Shown in pieces: positions 1 to 9,495 of a DNA stretch of 51,952 bases (within the stretch, counting starts at the first letter, position 1; each line of letters begins with the position of its first letter). The DNA is from Patescibacteria group bacterium (GTDB taxonomy: Bacteria > Patescibacteriota > Minisyncoccia > Phycocordibacterales > UBA12079). The translations under genes were made by a program, and so were the position numbers. The notes under the pieces are model-generated. The model had not been told where the DNA came from. It saw only the letters and a list, made by a program, of their open reading frames with translations, and made no database searches. The stretch covers positions 1 to 51,952 of the forward strand of contig JAYEKM010000003.1 of NCBI GenBank assembly GCA_034661035.1, read 5' to 3'.

Positions 1-1
1 A

Positions 2-1921
2 GGTATCTGGTCAGGCACTACCCAAGGACTAATAGGTACCTACACTAATACAGACCTTCGTCTTATCACTAATGGTACATCTAAAGTAACTATCACTGCT
101 GATGGTAATGTGGGGGTGGGGACGACGAATCCAACATCAACTTTTTATACTTCAAGTCCAACTGTATTAGATATTAATTCAGCTTCAGGCTATTCAGGAA
201 TTGTTCTAAGGAGTGGCGGAGACAGTTCTGTAATGAGTATAGGTGTAGCTAATAGTGGCCTCAAATTTTCAACAGAAACTTCTAACGTAACACGTATGTT
301 TATCGGACAGGATGGCAACATCGGCATCGGGACGACGGGGCCAAATAATGCATTTGGTTGGGCCGGTCCAATTTTAGAGGTTAACGGAACGCAACCATCT
401 TTTACTCTAAACCCAAGTGGGAGTGCACAAGAGGCTGATATGTCAAGTAATGCAATGGGATTGTATATACAAGTGTACGGACATGCTACAGCAACAAATA
501 ATGATATCCTATTTTTGACAGAAGAAACAAATAGTCAGGCTACGCCAACAGAACGCATGCGAATAGATAGTTCTGGCAACGTCGGCATAGGTACGACGGT
601 GCCGGAAAGTGTAGGAGGATTTTCTGAAACGGGGTTGGTTGCTTCGGTCGGGAGTTCGGTATCTTCTAGGACATCTCATGTTATATCAGGAGATAGAGCC
701 TTTCTATATTTTGTTGATACTGATGCAAATGCAAACGAACAAATAATGAGAGCTGAAACAAACTCAGGTGTTTTTTCATTTCAGTCAATGACAGATGTTG
801 GAGGTTCTCAAGCGGCAAATATTTTGACGATGGACCATTCTACTGGCAACGTTGGCATTGGCACTACGGCGCCAGGATATAAATTAGAAATTGGAGGTGC
901 CTTAATTGGTGATGCTTTGAAAGTAGTTTCTGTCCATTCAGGAACAGGAAGGTCTGTATTGTTTCAAACTAATTCTGGTAGTATAGATGCGTTTACTATT
1001 TTAGGAAACGGTAATGTTGGTATAGGTATAACGACACCAGGAGAAAAGCTTCATTTATATGATAGTAATTACCCTAAAATTGAAATAGAAGGGAATAAAG
1101 TTGGCGCTGATATTTATGGAGAAATTATTTTTAGTAACACAGATACAGTTAGTTATGATGGAGCAAAAATAGCAGTTAAGAACTTCTCATCTTCTGGTAC
1201 AGGAACTAATTCTGGAGAAATACAGTTCTATACGAATGATGCTAATGGAGGATTAACTCAACAGATGGTTATTAATGCTGATGGTGACGTTGGCATCGGC
1301 ACGACGGGGCCGGGGGCGAAGTTGGAAGTTGAGGGGAGCAGTCTTTTGTTAGACGGAATAGCGACTGCCGGAACTACTTCTCTAATAATAGACACAGCGT
1401 CAGCAAAACATGCAATGATGCATTTTAGGCAGGCAAGTAGTGATGTTTGGAGGATTGTTCTTGATTCGGATGATTCACTTGATTTTGATCAAGGCGGTGG
1501 TCTTGAAAGGATGACTATTCTTGACGGCGGCAACGTCGGCATCGGCACAACGAACCCAACAGACAAACTTCACGTTGTCGGAGATGCTTATTTCTCAGCT
1601 GACGTCTCAGCCCTCTCCTTCACCGACAGAACACCATACCCCAAAGACTTACAAACAGCTTATGATGCAGTTATGTCTATGCAAAGACTACCAATAGGAC
1701 AATATCAAGAAAACAACAAAGAACACCAACTAGATCACTCTAAGTTAAGTTCTTTTATTAAAGCAGGAGAAGGTAGAGATTTATCAGCTACTGTATCTGC
1801 TCAAAATGAGGTGATTAAGGATTTGGTGAAGAAAATTGAGGAAAGGGATGATAAAATAAATAATTTGATTGGAAGAATAGAAAATCTAGAAGTTAAGCTG
1901 AAATCTTTGGAAAGTCAATAA
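2..1921 (+). CDS. Modular fibre/adhesin-like protein with GNVGIGT repeats, a divergent C-terminal chaperone-like region and a coiled coil (5'-partial)
   Basis: Frame is open from base 2 (GIWSGTTQG...ADGNVGVGTTNP), so the gene starts upstream of the window. Seven G(N/D)(V/I)G(I/V)G(T/I)T motifs separate unrelated beta-rich modules. The C-terminus FTDRTP...LDH...GRDLS is followed by a heptad coiled coil. Confidence 0.8.
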   Translation, partial: GIWSGTTQGLIGTYTNTDLRLITNGTSKVTITADGNVGVGTTNPTSTFYTSSPTVLDINSASGYSGIVLRSGGDSSVMSIGVANSGLKFSTETSNVTRMFIGQDGNIGIGTTGPNNAFGWAGPILEVNGTQPSFTLNPSGSAQEADMSSNAMGLYIQVYGHATATNNDILFLTEETNSQATPTERMRIDSSGNVGIGTTVPESVGGFSETGLVASVGSSVSSRTSHVISGDRAFLYFVDTDANANEQIMRAETNSGVFSFQSMTDVGGSQAANILTMDHSTGNVGIGTTAPGYKLEIGGALIGDALKVVSVHSGTGRSVLFQTNSGSIDAFTILGNGNVGIGITTPGEKLHLYDSNYPKIEIEGNKVGADIYGEIIFSNTDTVSYDGAKIAVKNFSSSGTGTNSGEIQFYTNDANGGLTQQMVINADGDVGIGTTGPGAKLEVEGSSLLLDGIATAGTTSLIIDTASAKHAMMHFRQASSDVWRIVLDSDDSLDFDQGGGLERMTILDGGNVGIGTTNPTDKLHVVGDAYFSADVSALSFTDRTPYPKDLQTAYDAVMSMQRLPIGQYQENNKEHQLDHSKLSSFIKAGEGRDLSATVSAQNEVIKDLVKKIEERDDKINNLIGRIENLEVKLKSLESQ

Positions 1922-2003
1922 ATTTAAATTTTAGGGTTTATCATTTAATATGATATCATTAGTTTAAACGAGTGATGAAAATTAAATTTTGATCCCACCC
2001 AAG

Positions 2004-2023
2004 CCTGCCTGCCGGCAGACAGG
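2004..2023. repeat. Short GC-rich palindrome CCTGCCTGCCGGCAGACAGG
   Basis: Imperfect palindrome. A related copy CCCTGCCTGTCCGGTAGGCAGGG lies at ~31874-31896. Confidence 0.7.
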
Positions 2024-2038
2024 GCGGACAAGAAAAAT

Positions 2039-2722
2039 ATGGAAATAATACCAGCAATTTTACCAAAAGATTTTGAGGAATTAGAAAAAAAATTATGTGT
2101 CTTAAAAGAAGCTTTTTCTATCTTAGAAAAAAAAGAAAAACCTCTCGTTCAAATAGATATTTGTGATGGTGTTTTTGTACCTTCTGTAACTTGGCCATAC
2201 CCAGAATTTAGTGCAGTTGATCACCTAATTAATTTTATTGATGACTTTGATTTTGAAATAGACCTTTTTGTAGAAAAACCTGATCATGTAGTTCCTTACT
2301 TACAAAAATTAGGGGTGAAGAGAATAATCTTACATGTTGAAAGTCTTAACGATAAGTCTATTAGTAATTTATCTAAGGATTTCAGTGAAAAAACTGTTCA
2401 GTTTGGTTTTTCGGTTAATCTAGGAACCTCTGTAGATAAATTAAAGCCATTTATGAAAGAAGCTGATTTTTTTCAGTTTATGGGGATTAATAAAGTTGGC
2501 TATCAAGGAGAACGGTTTAATGAAGTTGTATTAGAAAAAATAAAATCTTTTAGGAAAGATAATCCTAGCGCAATTATCTCAGTAGATGGTGGGGTCAACT
2601 TAGAAAATGGCAATAGGTTGAGGGAGGTTGGAGTTAACCGTTTAGTGGCTGGTTCAGCTATTTTTAACAGTGAAAGTGTTGAGGAGGTGGCTGAAAAGAT
2701 AAAGAAGTTTGAAAATGGATAA
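2039..2722 (+). CDS. rpe: Ribulose-phosphate 3-epimerase family protein
   Basis: IIPAIL, QIDICDGVFVP, MGINKVGYQG, SVDGGV and LVAGSAIF motifs. Confidence 0.9.
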   Translation: MEIIPAILPKDFEELEKKLCVLKEAFSILEKKEKPLVQIDICDGVFVPSVTWPYPEFSAVDHLINFIDDFDFEIDLFVEKPDHVVPYLQKLGVKRIILHVESLNDKSISNLSKDFSEKTVQFGFSVNLGTSVDKLKPFMKEADFFQFMGINKVGYQGERFNEVVLEKIKSFRKDNPSAIISVDGGVNLENGNRLREVGVNRLVAGSAIFNSESVEEVAEKIKKFENG

Positions 2723-3563
2723 TAATATAGAACAATTAAAAGCATCAGCGTTAACTATTAGAAAAGAAATAGTTAAAATGCTTACTCAAGCGGGTACAGG
2801 ACATACAGCTGGTTCTTTAGATATGGTAGAAATTTTAGTTTCTCTGTATTTAAATATTTTAAAACATGATCCTCAAAATCCAGACTGGGAAGAAAGAGAC
2901 CGATTGATTTTATCTCATGGACATGTTTGTCCAGCACTTTATGCAACCATGGCGGAAGCGGGGTATTTTTCTAAAACAGAATTACAGACCTTACGAAAAT
3001 TTGGTTCTTCCTTACAAGGACACCCTCATAGAGAGTGGTTAAAGGGTATAGAAACAAGTTCGGGGCCTCTGGGATCAGGACTTTCTCAGGCTGTTGGTAT
3101 GGTATTAGCTGACCGTATAAATTATTTTTCTAATAAGAATTCTTTTAAAGAAAGGAAATTTTTTTATTGTCTGATGTCAGACGGGGAGATACAAGAGGGA
3201 CAGGTTTGGGAAGCTTTAATGTTAGCTGGGAAGGAAAAGATAGCTAACTTAATCGTCTTTATTGATAGAAATGAGATTCAGATTAGTGGTCAAATGGAAA
3301 AGGTTATGCCGTTGGAACCTTTACGTGATAAGTTGGAAGCTTTCAACTGGCAAGTTTTGGAAATAGATGGACATGATTTTGAACAGATTATAGGAGCAGT
3401 TGAAGTAGCCAAAAAAACTATAAATTTACCTTTTGAAGAGAATAAGCCGATTGCTATTATCGCTCACACAATTTCTGGTAAAGGTTACCCTGAATTTGAA
3501 AATGACTATAAATGGCACGGTAAAGTTCCCACCACTTCCGGAGGTCCGACCTCCGGAAATTAG
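2709..3563 (+). CDS. Transketolase, N-terminal (TPP-binding) subunit
   Basis: GHTAGSL, DRLILSHGH, LQGHP, SGPLGSGL, SDGEIQEG and WHGK motifs. Likely start is the ATG at 2715. Confidence 0.92.
   Translation: MKMDNNIEQLKASALTIRKEIVKMLTQAGTGHTAGSLDMVEILVSLYLNILKHDPQNPDWEERDRLILSHGHVCPALYATMAEAGYFSKTELQTLRKFGSSLQGHPHREWLKGIETSSGPLGSGLSQAVGMVLADRINYFSNKNSFKERKFFYCLMSDGEIQEGQVWEALMLAGKEKIANLIVFIDRNEIQISGQMEKVMPLEPLRDKLEAFNWQVLEIDGHDFEQIIGAVEVAKKTINLPFEENKPIAIIAHTISGKGYPEFENDYKWHGKVPTTSGGPTSGN
3536..3558. repeat. REP-like hairpin TTCCGGAGGTC-C-GACCTCCGGAA, left of RAYT
   Basis: Perfect 11-bp inverted repeat with a 1-nt centre. Confidence 0.85.
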
Positions 3564-3584
3564 AATAAAATACCTTATAATATA

Positions 3585-4280
3585 ATGAAAAATCCTCAAT
3601 TTTTAAATAATTATATTTATCATGCTTACAACAGAGGTGTAGAGAAAAGAGATATTTTTGTAGATGATTATGACAGGCTTCAGTTTATACATGATTTATT
3701 CGAATTTAATGACGTTTCTTCTGTAATGGATAAAGTCAAAAATAAAACTCAGACGGACAGTTTTCGAGAAATTGCCAGATACTCCAGAAAAGAAAATAAA
3801 AGAGAAAAATTAGTAGATATTCTTGCTTTCGTTTTGATGCCTAACCATTTTCATTTGTTGTTAATCCAAAAAAAAGATGATGGTATTTCAAAGTTCATGC
3901 AAAAACTGGGAACTGGTTATACAATGAGTTTTAATAAAAAATACAAAAGAGTGGGGAGTTTGTTTCAAGGAGGATATAAAGCTGTGTTAGTAGAAAGAGA
4001 TGAGCATTTGAGATATCTTCCCTTTTATATTCATCTTAACCCATTAAAGATTAAAACTTGTGGAGGTTCAACCCCCACAGATTGGGAATTTTTGAAAAAA
4101 TATAGGTGGAGTAGCTTGTTAGATTATATTGGTAAAAAGAACTTTCCTTCAGTAATTAATAAAGAATTTTTATCAACTACCTTGGGATATGAGGAAGAAC
4201 ATGAGAAAGAAATAAAGAGGTGGTTAAAAAAGGACAGAAATATTAATGAAGAAGTGTTAGAAATAAATTCGGGAGGTTGA
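3585..4280 (+). mobile_element. REP-associated tyrosine transposase (RAYT / Y1 HUH family)
   Basis: YHAYNRG..KRDIF, LAFVLMPNHFHLL (HUH), FNKKY.R.G.LFQG, YIHLNP (catalytic Tyr) and YRWSS. Flanked by REP hairpins. Confidence 0.9.
4059..4079. repeat. REP-like hairpin inside the RAYT ORF (TGTGGAGGTTCAACCCCCACA)
   Basis: Same GAGGTY-N-RACCYC core, read in frame as CGGSTPT. Confidence 0.7.
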
Positions 4281-4290
4281 ACCTCCGGAA
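4268..4290. repeat. REP-like hairpin TTCGGGAGGTT-G-AACCTCCGGAA, right of RAYT
   Basis: Same core in the opposite orientation. Contains the RAYT stop codon. Confidence 0.85.
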
Positions 4291-4394
4291 CTCCTAAATA
4301 CTTCTGAATTTATTAATTATATTATTATATATAATAATATAATAAGTTCTTTAATCAATGTAGATTTTTTTAATAAATTTGTTACACTTGGAAA

Positions 4395-5465
4395 GTGATA
4401 AAAGATAAAAATAAAAAAGTATTTGTGGGGATTTCAGGAGGGGTTGACTCTTCAACTTCGGCGGCTCTTTTAAAGAAACAAGGTTACGATGTAACGGGGG
4501 TTTTTATAAAAGTTTGGCAACCTGACTTTATAGAATGTCAGTGGAAAGAAGACCGTCTGGACGCCATGAGGGTTTGTGCCGATTTGGAGATTCCCTTTTT
4601 AGATTTAGATTTAGAGGAAGAATATAAACGAGATGTTTTTGATTATATGGTAAGTGAGTATAAACAAGGAAAAACTCCTAATCCTGATGTGATGTGTAAT
4701 AAAAAAATAAAGTTCGGTGGTTTTTTAGATTTTGCCAAAAATAAAGGAGCTGACTTTATAGCGACTGGTCATTATGTTCGTTTACAGGACAAAAAACTCT
4801 TGGTGGGAATTGACAAAGGAAAAGATCAATCTTATTTTCTGTGGGCGTTAAAACAAAATCAATTGAAACATTGTCTTTTTCCTGTCGGTCAGTATGAAAA
4901 AACGAAAGTAAGACGACTAGCAAAAAAGTTTGGTTTAGTAACTACCCAGAAAAAAGATAGTCAGGGTTTGTGCTTTGTCGGTAAAGTCAATATGAAAGAA
5001 TTTTTACAAAAATTCATTCCTCAACAAGCAGGTCATGTTTTAAATACGGAAGGGGAGGTAATTGGTGTTCACGAGGGAATATTTTTCTATACCATTGGAC
5101 AAAGGCATGGGTTTGAAATTAGGGAAAAAGGGACAAATGATAAACCTTATTATGTGGTTAAAAAAGATTTGGAAAAAAATGAACTAATTGTTTCTAACAT
5201 AAAAAGGCAAAATATCTTATCAGAAAAATCAGAAGCTTTAGAGATTGAAATCAAGAGTATAAATTGGATTTCTGGTGAGACACCAGATCTTAAGAAAAGT
5301 TATCAGGCAAGGGTAAGGTATCGTCAGACTTTGCAGAAATGTAAATTAATAATAAAAGGGAAAGGAATCTTTGTTGTTTTTGATAAATTTCAAAATGTAG
5401 ATAGTGGTCAATCAGTTGTGGTCTATGATGGGCAGGTTTGTTTGGGTGGTGGAGTAATTGTTTAA
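4395..5465 (+). CDS. mnmA: tRNA 2-thiouridine(34) synthase MnmA
   Basis: SGGVDS, TPNPDVMCN, ATGHY, KDQSYFL, DSQGLCF and GQSVVVYDG..CLGGG motifs. Confidence 0.97.
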   Translation: MIKDKNKKVFVGISGGVDSSTSAALLKKQGYDVTGVFIKVWQPDFIECQWKEDRLDAMRVCADLEIPFLDLDLEEEYKRDVFDYMVSEYKQGKTPNPDVMCNKKIKFGGFLDFAKNKGADFIATGHYVRLQDKKLLVGIDKGKDQSYFLWALKQNQLKHCLFPVGQYEKTKVRRLAKKFGLVTTQKKDSQGLCFVGKVNMKEFLQKFIPQQAGHVLNTEGEVIGVHEGIFFYTIGQRHGFEIREKGTNDKPYYVVKKDLEKNELIVSNIKRQNILSEKSEALEIEIKSINWISGETPDLKKSYQARVRYRQTLQKCKLIIKGKGIFVVFDKFQNVDSGQSVVVYDGQVCLGGGVIV

Positions 5466-5504
5466 CTCATTTTTAAATTTTTTAATGTTTGTTATAATTA
5501 AGCA

Positions 5505-6371
5505 ATGAATGAAGTCAAGAATAAAGATGTCTATGTCATAAAGGCTAATGGGGAAAGGGAAATTTTTGAAAGTAAGAAGCTTGAGAGTTCTTTGAGGAGG
5601 GCTGGTACCTCCCCAAAAGTAATTACAGAGGTTGTTGAGACTATAAAAGGGAGATTGATAGATGAAATGACTACAGCTGAAATATACCGTGAGGCTTTTA
5701 GATTGTTAAAAGAAATAGAAGGAGCAACTATAGCAGTGAAATATTCTGTAAGAAGAGCTGTAATGGAGTTAGGACCTGACGGTTTTTCCTTTGAGGATTT
5801 TGTGGGAGCAATGTTTAGGGCCGCTGGTTATAGGATAAGATTAAGACAGTCTATAAAGGGCTTGTGTGTTTCTCATGAGATTGACGTGATTGCTGAAAAT
5901 GAGGAAGACTTTTTGATGGCAGAGGTTAAATTTCACAACAAACAAGGGATGAAATCGGATTTGAAGGTAATTCTCTATATAAAAGAGAGATTTGATGATA
6001 TCACTAAGGGTGAATTTTGGAACAATGTTAAAAAAGGTTTGAAAAAGAATTTTTGGCTTATTACTAATACAAAGTTTACAAATAAGGCTATTGAATATGC
6101 TGAATGTTGTCCGGGTTTAAAATTGATGAGCTGGAATTATCCAGAGGGAGGAAGTTTGAATGAATTTATAGATAATGAAAAATTATATCCATTAACTTGT
6201 CTTGAGAGTTTGAGTAATTATGATAAAAAATTATTTTTAAAAAATAGGGTTGTTTTGTGTCGAGAGCTTAAACAGGGAGGGGAAAGGTTGTTTAACTTAG
6301 TAGGGATTTCCCCAGAGAAGAGAGAGGCGGTTTTACAAGAGATTGAAAATTTATTAATTAGGCATGAATAA
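5505..6371 (+). CDS. ATP-cone domain plus Mrr-like PD-(D/E)XK nuclease-domain protein
   Basis: N-terminal VIKANGERE.F..KL..SL (ATP cone). GPDGFSFE, HEIDVIA and EVKFH (nuclease), then LITNTKFT. Confidence 0.8.
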   Translation: MNEVKNKDVYVIKANGEREIFESKKLESSLRRAGTSPKVITEVVETIKGRLIDEMTTAEIYREAFRLLKEIEGATIAVKYSVRRAVMELGPDGFSFEDFVGAMFRAAGYRIRLRQSIKGLCVSHEIDVIAENEEDFLMAEVKFHNKQGMKSDLKVILYIKERFDDITKGEFWNNVKKGLKKNFWLITNTKFTNKAIEYAECCPGLKLMSWNYPEGGSLNEFIDNEKLYPLTCLESLSNYDKKLFLKNRVVLCRELKQGGERLFNLVGISPEKREAVLQEIENLLIRHE

Positions 6372-6927
6372 TATTATGGATTACGATTTTAAAAAATTAA
6401 AGGAAGAAACTTTAAATATAGAAAATTGGCTAAAAAAAGAATTTTCCAATATTAGAACGGGTTTAGCTTCCACGGCTATTTTAGATAATGTAAAAATAGA
6501 GAACTATGGTGTCTTGACACCAATTGATCAGGTGGCTAGTATAACAACAGAAGATGCTAAGACGATTAGAATTAAGCCTTGGGACTTATCTCAGGTTAAA
6601 GCTGTTGAGAAAGCCATTGTGGACGCCAATTTAGGAGTATCTGTGGCAGTTGATGATAAAGGGATAAGATTGTCTTTTCCAGAACTAACTAGCGAGAGGA
6701 GAGAAGCTTTTGTTAAAATAGCGAAAGATAAGTTAGAGCAAGCTAAGGTCTCTTTAAGGGGAGAAAGAGATAAGACTTGGAATGATATTCAAATTAAAGA
6801 AAAAAACGGAGAAATTGGTCAAGATGATAAATTTCAATTAAAGGATCTAATGCAAAAGATAACAGATGATTTAGGTCAAGAATTAGTAAGTTTATTCGAG
6901 AAAAAAGAAAAAGAAATAAAGGGTTAA
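6364..6927 (+). CDS. frr: Ribosome recycling factor
   Basis: IRTG.AS..ILD, PELTSERR and AKVSLR motifs. Start may be the ATG at 6376. Confidence 0.95.
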   Translation: MNNIMDYDFKKLKEETLNIENWLKKEFSNIRTGLASTAILDNVKIENYGVLTPIDQVASITTEDAKTIRIKPWDLSQVKAVEKAIVDANLGVSVAVDDKGIRLSFPELTSERREAFVKIAKDKLEQAKVSLRGERDKTWNDIQIKEKNGEIGQDDKFQLKDLMQKITDDLGQELVSLFEKKEKEIKG

Positions 6928-6947
6928 TGGTTAGTTAGAAAACAATT

Positions 6948-8051
6948 ATGTCAATTTTAATTTTTATAATAGTGTTGGGGATACTTATCTTTGTCCATGA
7001 ATTGGGGCATTTTATTTTTGCCAAGAAAACAGGGATGCTAGTAGAAGAATTTGCGATTGGATTTCCTCCACGAGCTTTTAGTTTTAAAAAGGGAGAAACA
7101 AAGTATTCGATTGGACTTATCCCTATTGGTGGTTTCGTAAAGATTTACGGAGAAGAATATGGGGAAGATGGAAGTAAAAAATCTAAAAATTACAATAGAA
7201 GATTTACGAATAGACCTAGATGGGCACAAGCGATCGTTTTAATTGCAGGTGTTTCTTTTAATTTCTTGTTGGCTTGGGTCTTTATTTCAATTGGTTTTAT
7301 GTCTGGCTTGCCGGTTTCAGTTGACCAGTTTGAAGGGGAAGTTATCGAAGACCAAAAACTTGTTTTAGTGGATGTTTTACCTGATTCACCTGCCAGTCAA
7401 GCTGGTTTAAAACCTGGTGATGTTCTTCTCTATTTAGAAACGAAAGGGAGTTTAGATTCAATCCAAGGTTTTGAGGACTCTAAAATAGTAGAAGATTTTA
7501 TTTTTTCTCATGGTGGTCATAAATTAGAGATTTTATATAAAAGAGGATCAGAAAGTATTTTGGCTGAGGTTACACCTGAAGAAGGAATTGTTGATGGTAA
7601 ACCAGCTATTGGCGTTTCTTTTGGGATGATAGGGAATGTTAAGTTCCCATTTCTAAGAGCTAGCTGGGAAGGTTTAAAAACAACTTTTTCTTTGACCATC
7701 GCGACAGCCGTAGGACTTTATTATTTTATAACAGGACTTGTTGTAGGTTCCGCTGATTTGTCTCAAGTTTCTGGTCCAGTTGGGATTATTTCCATGGTAG
7801 GTGATGCCTTTAATTTTGGTTTCGTTTATCTACTCAGTTTTGTGGCTCTTATTTCTATAAATTTGGCAGTTATAAACTTGATTCCTATTCCTGCTCTAGA
7901 TGGAGGTAGATTACTATTTGTTTTGATTGAGGCTATTAAAGGTTCTCCTATAAAAGCTAGAATAGCTAACTGGCTTAATTTGATTGGTTTTGCAGCTTTA
8001 ATACTTTTTATGCTATTTATCACTTTTAGTGATATCCTAAAGTTTTTCTAA
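6948..8051 (+). CDS. rseP: RIP metalloprotease RseP (M50, PDZ)
   Basis: HELGH, PIGGFVKI, a PDZ segment (SPA..AGL.PGD) and NLIPIPALDGG. Confidence 0.95.
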   Translation: MSILIFIIVLGILIFVHELGHFIFAKKTGMLVEEFAIGFPPRAFSFKKGETKYSIGLIPIGGFVKIYGEEYGEDGSKKSKNYNRRFTNRPRWAQAIVLIAGVSFNFLLAWVFISIGFMSGLPVSVDQFEGEVIEDQKLVLVDVLPDSPASQAGLKPGDVLLYLETKGSLDSIQGFEDSKIVEDFIFSHGGHKLEILYKRGSESILAEVTPEEGIVDGKPAIGVSFGMIGNVKFPFLRASWEGLKTTFSLTIATAVGLYYFITGLVVGSADLSQVSGPVGIISMVGDAFNFGFVYLLSFVALISINLAVINLIPIPALDGGRLLFVLIEAIKGSPIKARIANWLNLIGFAALILFMLFITFSDILKFF

Positions 8052-8146
8052 GTGAGATTATCTTGTTTGTGGCCAGTGTCGTTTGTGGGGTTATCTTAGC
8101 TTTTGCTTTTTTGACCAAATCTGTGGAATAGGTTATTATAAGGGTA

Positions 8147-9385
8147 ATGCGACAAACTAACTTATTTACAAAGACAAGGAAAGAAGCTCCTAGGGATGAA
8201 ATCTCAAAGAATGCTAAGTTGCTTATTCAAGCTGGTTATATAAGTAAAGAAATGGCGGGAGTGTATTCTTTTTTGCCTCTAGGTTTGAGAGTTTTAGAAA
8301 ACATAAAAGATATTGTACGAGATGAAATGAGTAAAATTGGTGGTCAGGAAATTTTAATGACAGCTCTACAAGGGAAAGAAGTTTGGGAAAAGACAGATAG
8401 ATGGGATGATGAAAAGGTTGATGATTGGTTTAAGACAGATTTAAAGACAGGAACAGAACTGGGTTTAGCCTTTACTCATGAAGAACCTCTTACTCAAGTA
8501 ATGAAAAATTTTATTTCTTCATATAAAAATTTACCTTGTTCGGTTTATCAATTCCAAACTAAATTTAGAAATGAATTAAGAGCAAAGTCAGGTATTTTAA
8601 GAGGGAGAGAATTTTTGATGAAGGACTTATATTCTTTTTCTAAAAATAAGGAAGAACATGAAGAATTCTACGAAAAGATGAAAGATGTTTATATGAATAT
8701 TTTTGAGAGATTAGGTTTTGGTGATGTTACCTACACAACTATATCGTCAGGAGGGAGTTTTTCTAAGTATTCTTACGAATTCCAGACTCTAACAGAAGCA
8801 GGAGAAGATATCGTTTACATCATTGATGATGTTAAGAAAATTGCTGTAAATAAGGATGATTTCAATGATGAGGTTCTAAAGGATTTCAATCTAGAAAATG
8901 TTAAAAAGGAAGATTTGGAGCAAAGAAAATCTATTGAAGTAGGGGATATCTATTCTTTAGGGGAAAAGTATTCAAAAGCTTTAGGTCTAAGTTATAAGGA
9001 TGAAAATGGAGAAGAAAAATTTGTTTATATGGGTTCTTATGGGATTGGAGTAACTAGGTTAATGGGAACTATTGTTGAAATTTTTTCCGATGAAAATGGA
9101 ATTGTTTGGCCAGAAACTGTGGCTCCTTTTCAAATCCATTTATTGAGTTTGGGTAAAAATGAAGAAGCCGATAAAATTTATGAAAAATTAATAGCAGTTG
9201 GAAAAGAAGTTCTTTATGATGATAGAGAGGTGAACGCTGGTCAAAAATTTGCGGATGCAGATTTGATTGGTATTCCAAACAGAGTGGTGGTAAGTGAAAA
9301 AAGTTTGAAAGAGGGAGGTGTTGAATTAAAGAAAAGGAACGAAGAAGTTTCGAAGATTGTTAGTATAGATGAACTATCTAATTAA
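8147..9385 (+). CDS. proS: Proline--tRNA ligase (short form, no INS editing domain)
   Basis: THEE, QTKFRNELR, GREFLMKD, MGSYGIG, GIVWP and KFADADLIGIP motifs. Confidence 0.95.
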   Translation: MRQTNLFTKTRKEAPRDEISKNAKLLIQAGYISKEMAGVYSFLPLGLRVLENIKDIVRDEMSKIGGQEILMTALQGKEVWEKTDRWDDEKVDDWFKTDLKTGTELGLAFTHEEPLTQVMKNFISSYKNLPCSVYQFQTKFRNELRAKSGILRGREFLMKDLYSFSKNKEEHEEFYEKMKDVYMNIFERLGFGDVTYTTISSGGSFSKYSYEFQTLTEAGEDIVYIIDDVKKIAVNKDDFNDEVLKDFNLENVKKEDLEQRKSIEVGDIYSLGEKYSKALGLSYKDENGEEKFVYMGSYGIGVTRLMGTIVEIFSDENGIVWPETVAPFQIHLLSLGKNEEADKIYEKLIAVGKEVLYDDREVNAGQKFADADLIGIPNRVVVSEKSLKEGGVELKKRNEEVSKIVSIDELSN

Positions 9386-9415
9386 ATTCTGAGATTTTTA
9401 TATAAGATTGATTTA

Positions 9416-9470
9416 CTTTGTTAAATAGCTTATTTCTTCAAAATAAGATTAAGATTTAACAGAGAGTAAA
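9416..9470. repeat. CCCTGTTAAA...TTTAACAGGGTAAA-family hairpin element (degenerate)
   Basis: CTTTGTTAAAT...ATTTAACAGAG-AGTAAA. TGTTAAATAGCTT is identical to the copy at 36200. Confidence 0.6.
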
Positions 9471-9495
9471 TATAAATAAAATAATTGAGGAAGTA

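Noticed and set aside
2-1921. Prophage tail-fibre gene
   Set aside because: No other phage genes are visible in the window, and the downstream neighbours are housekeeping genes.
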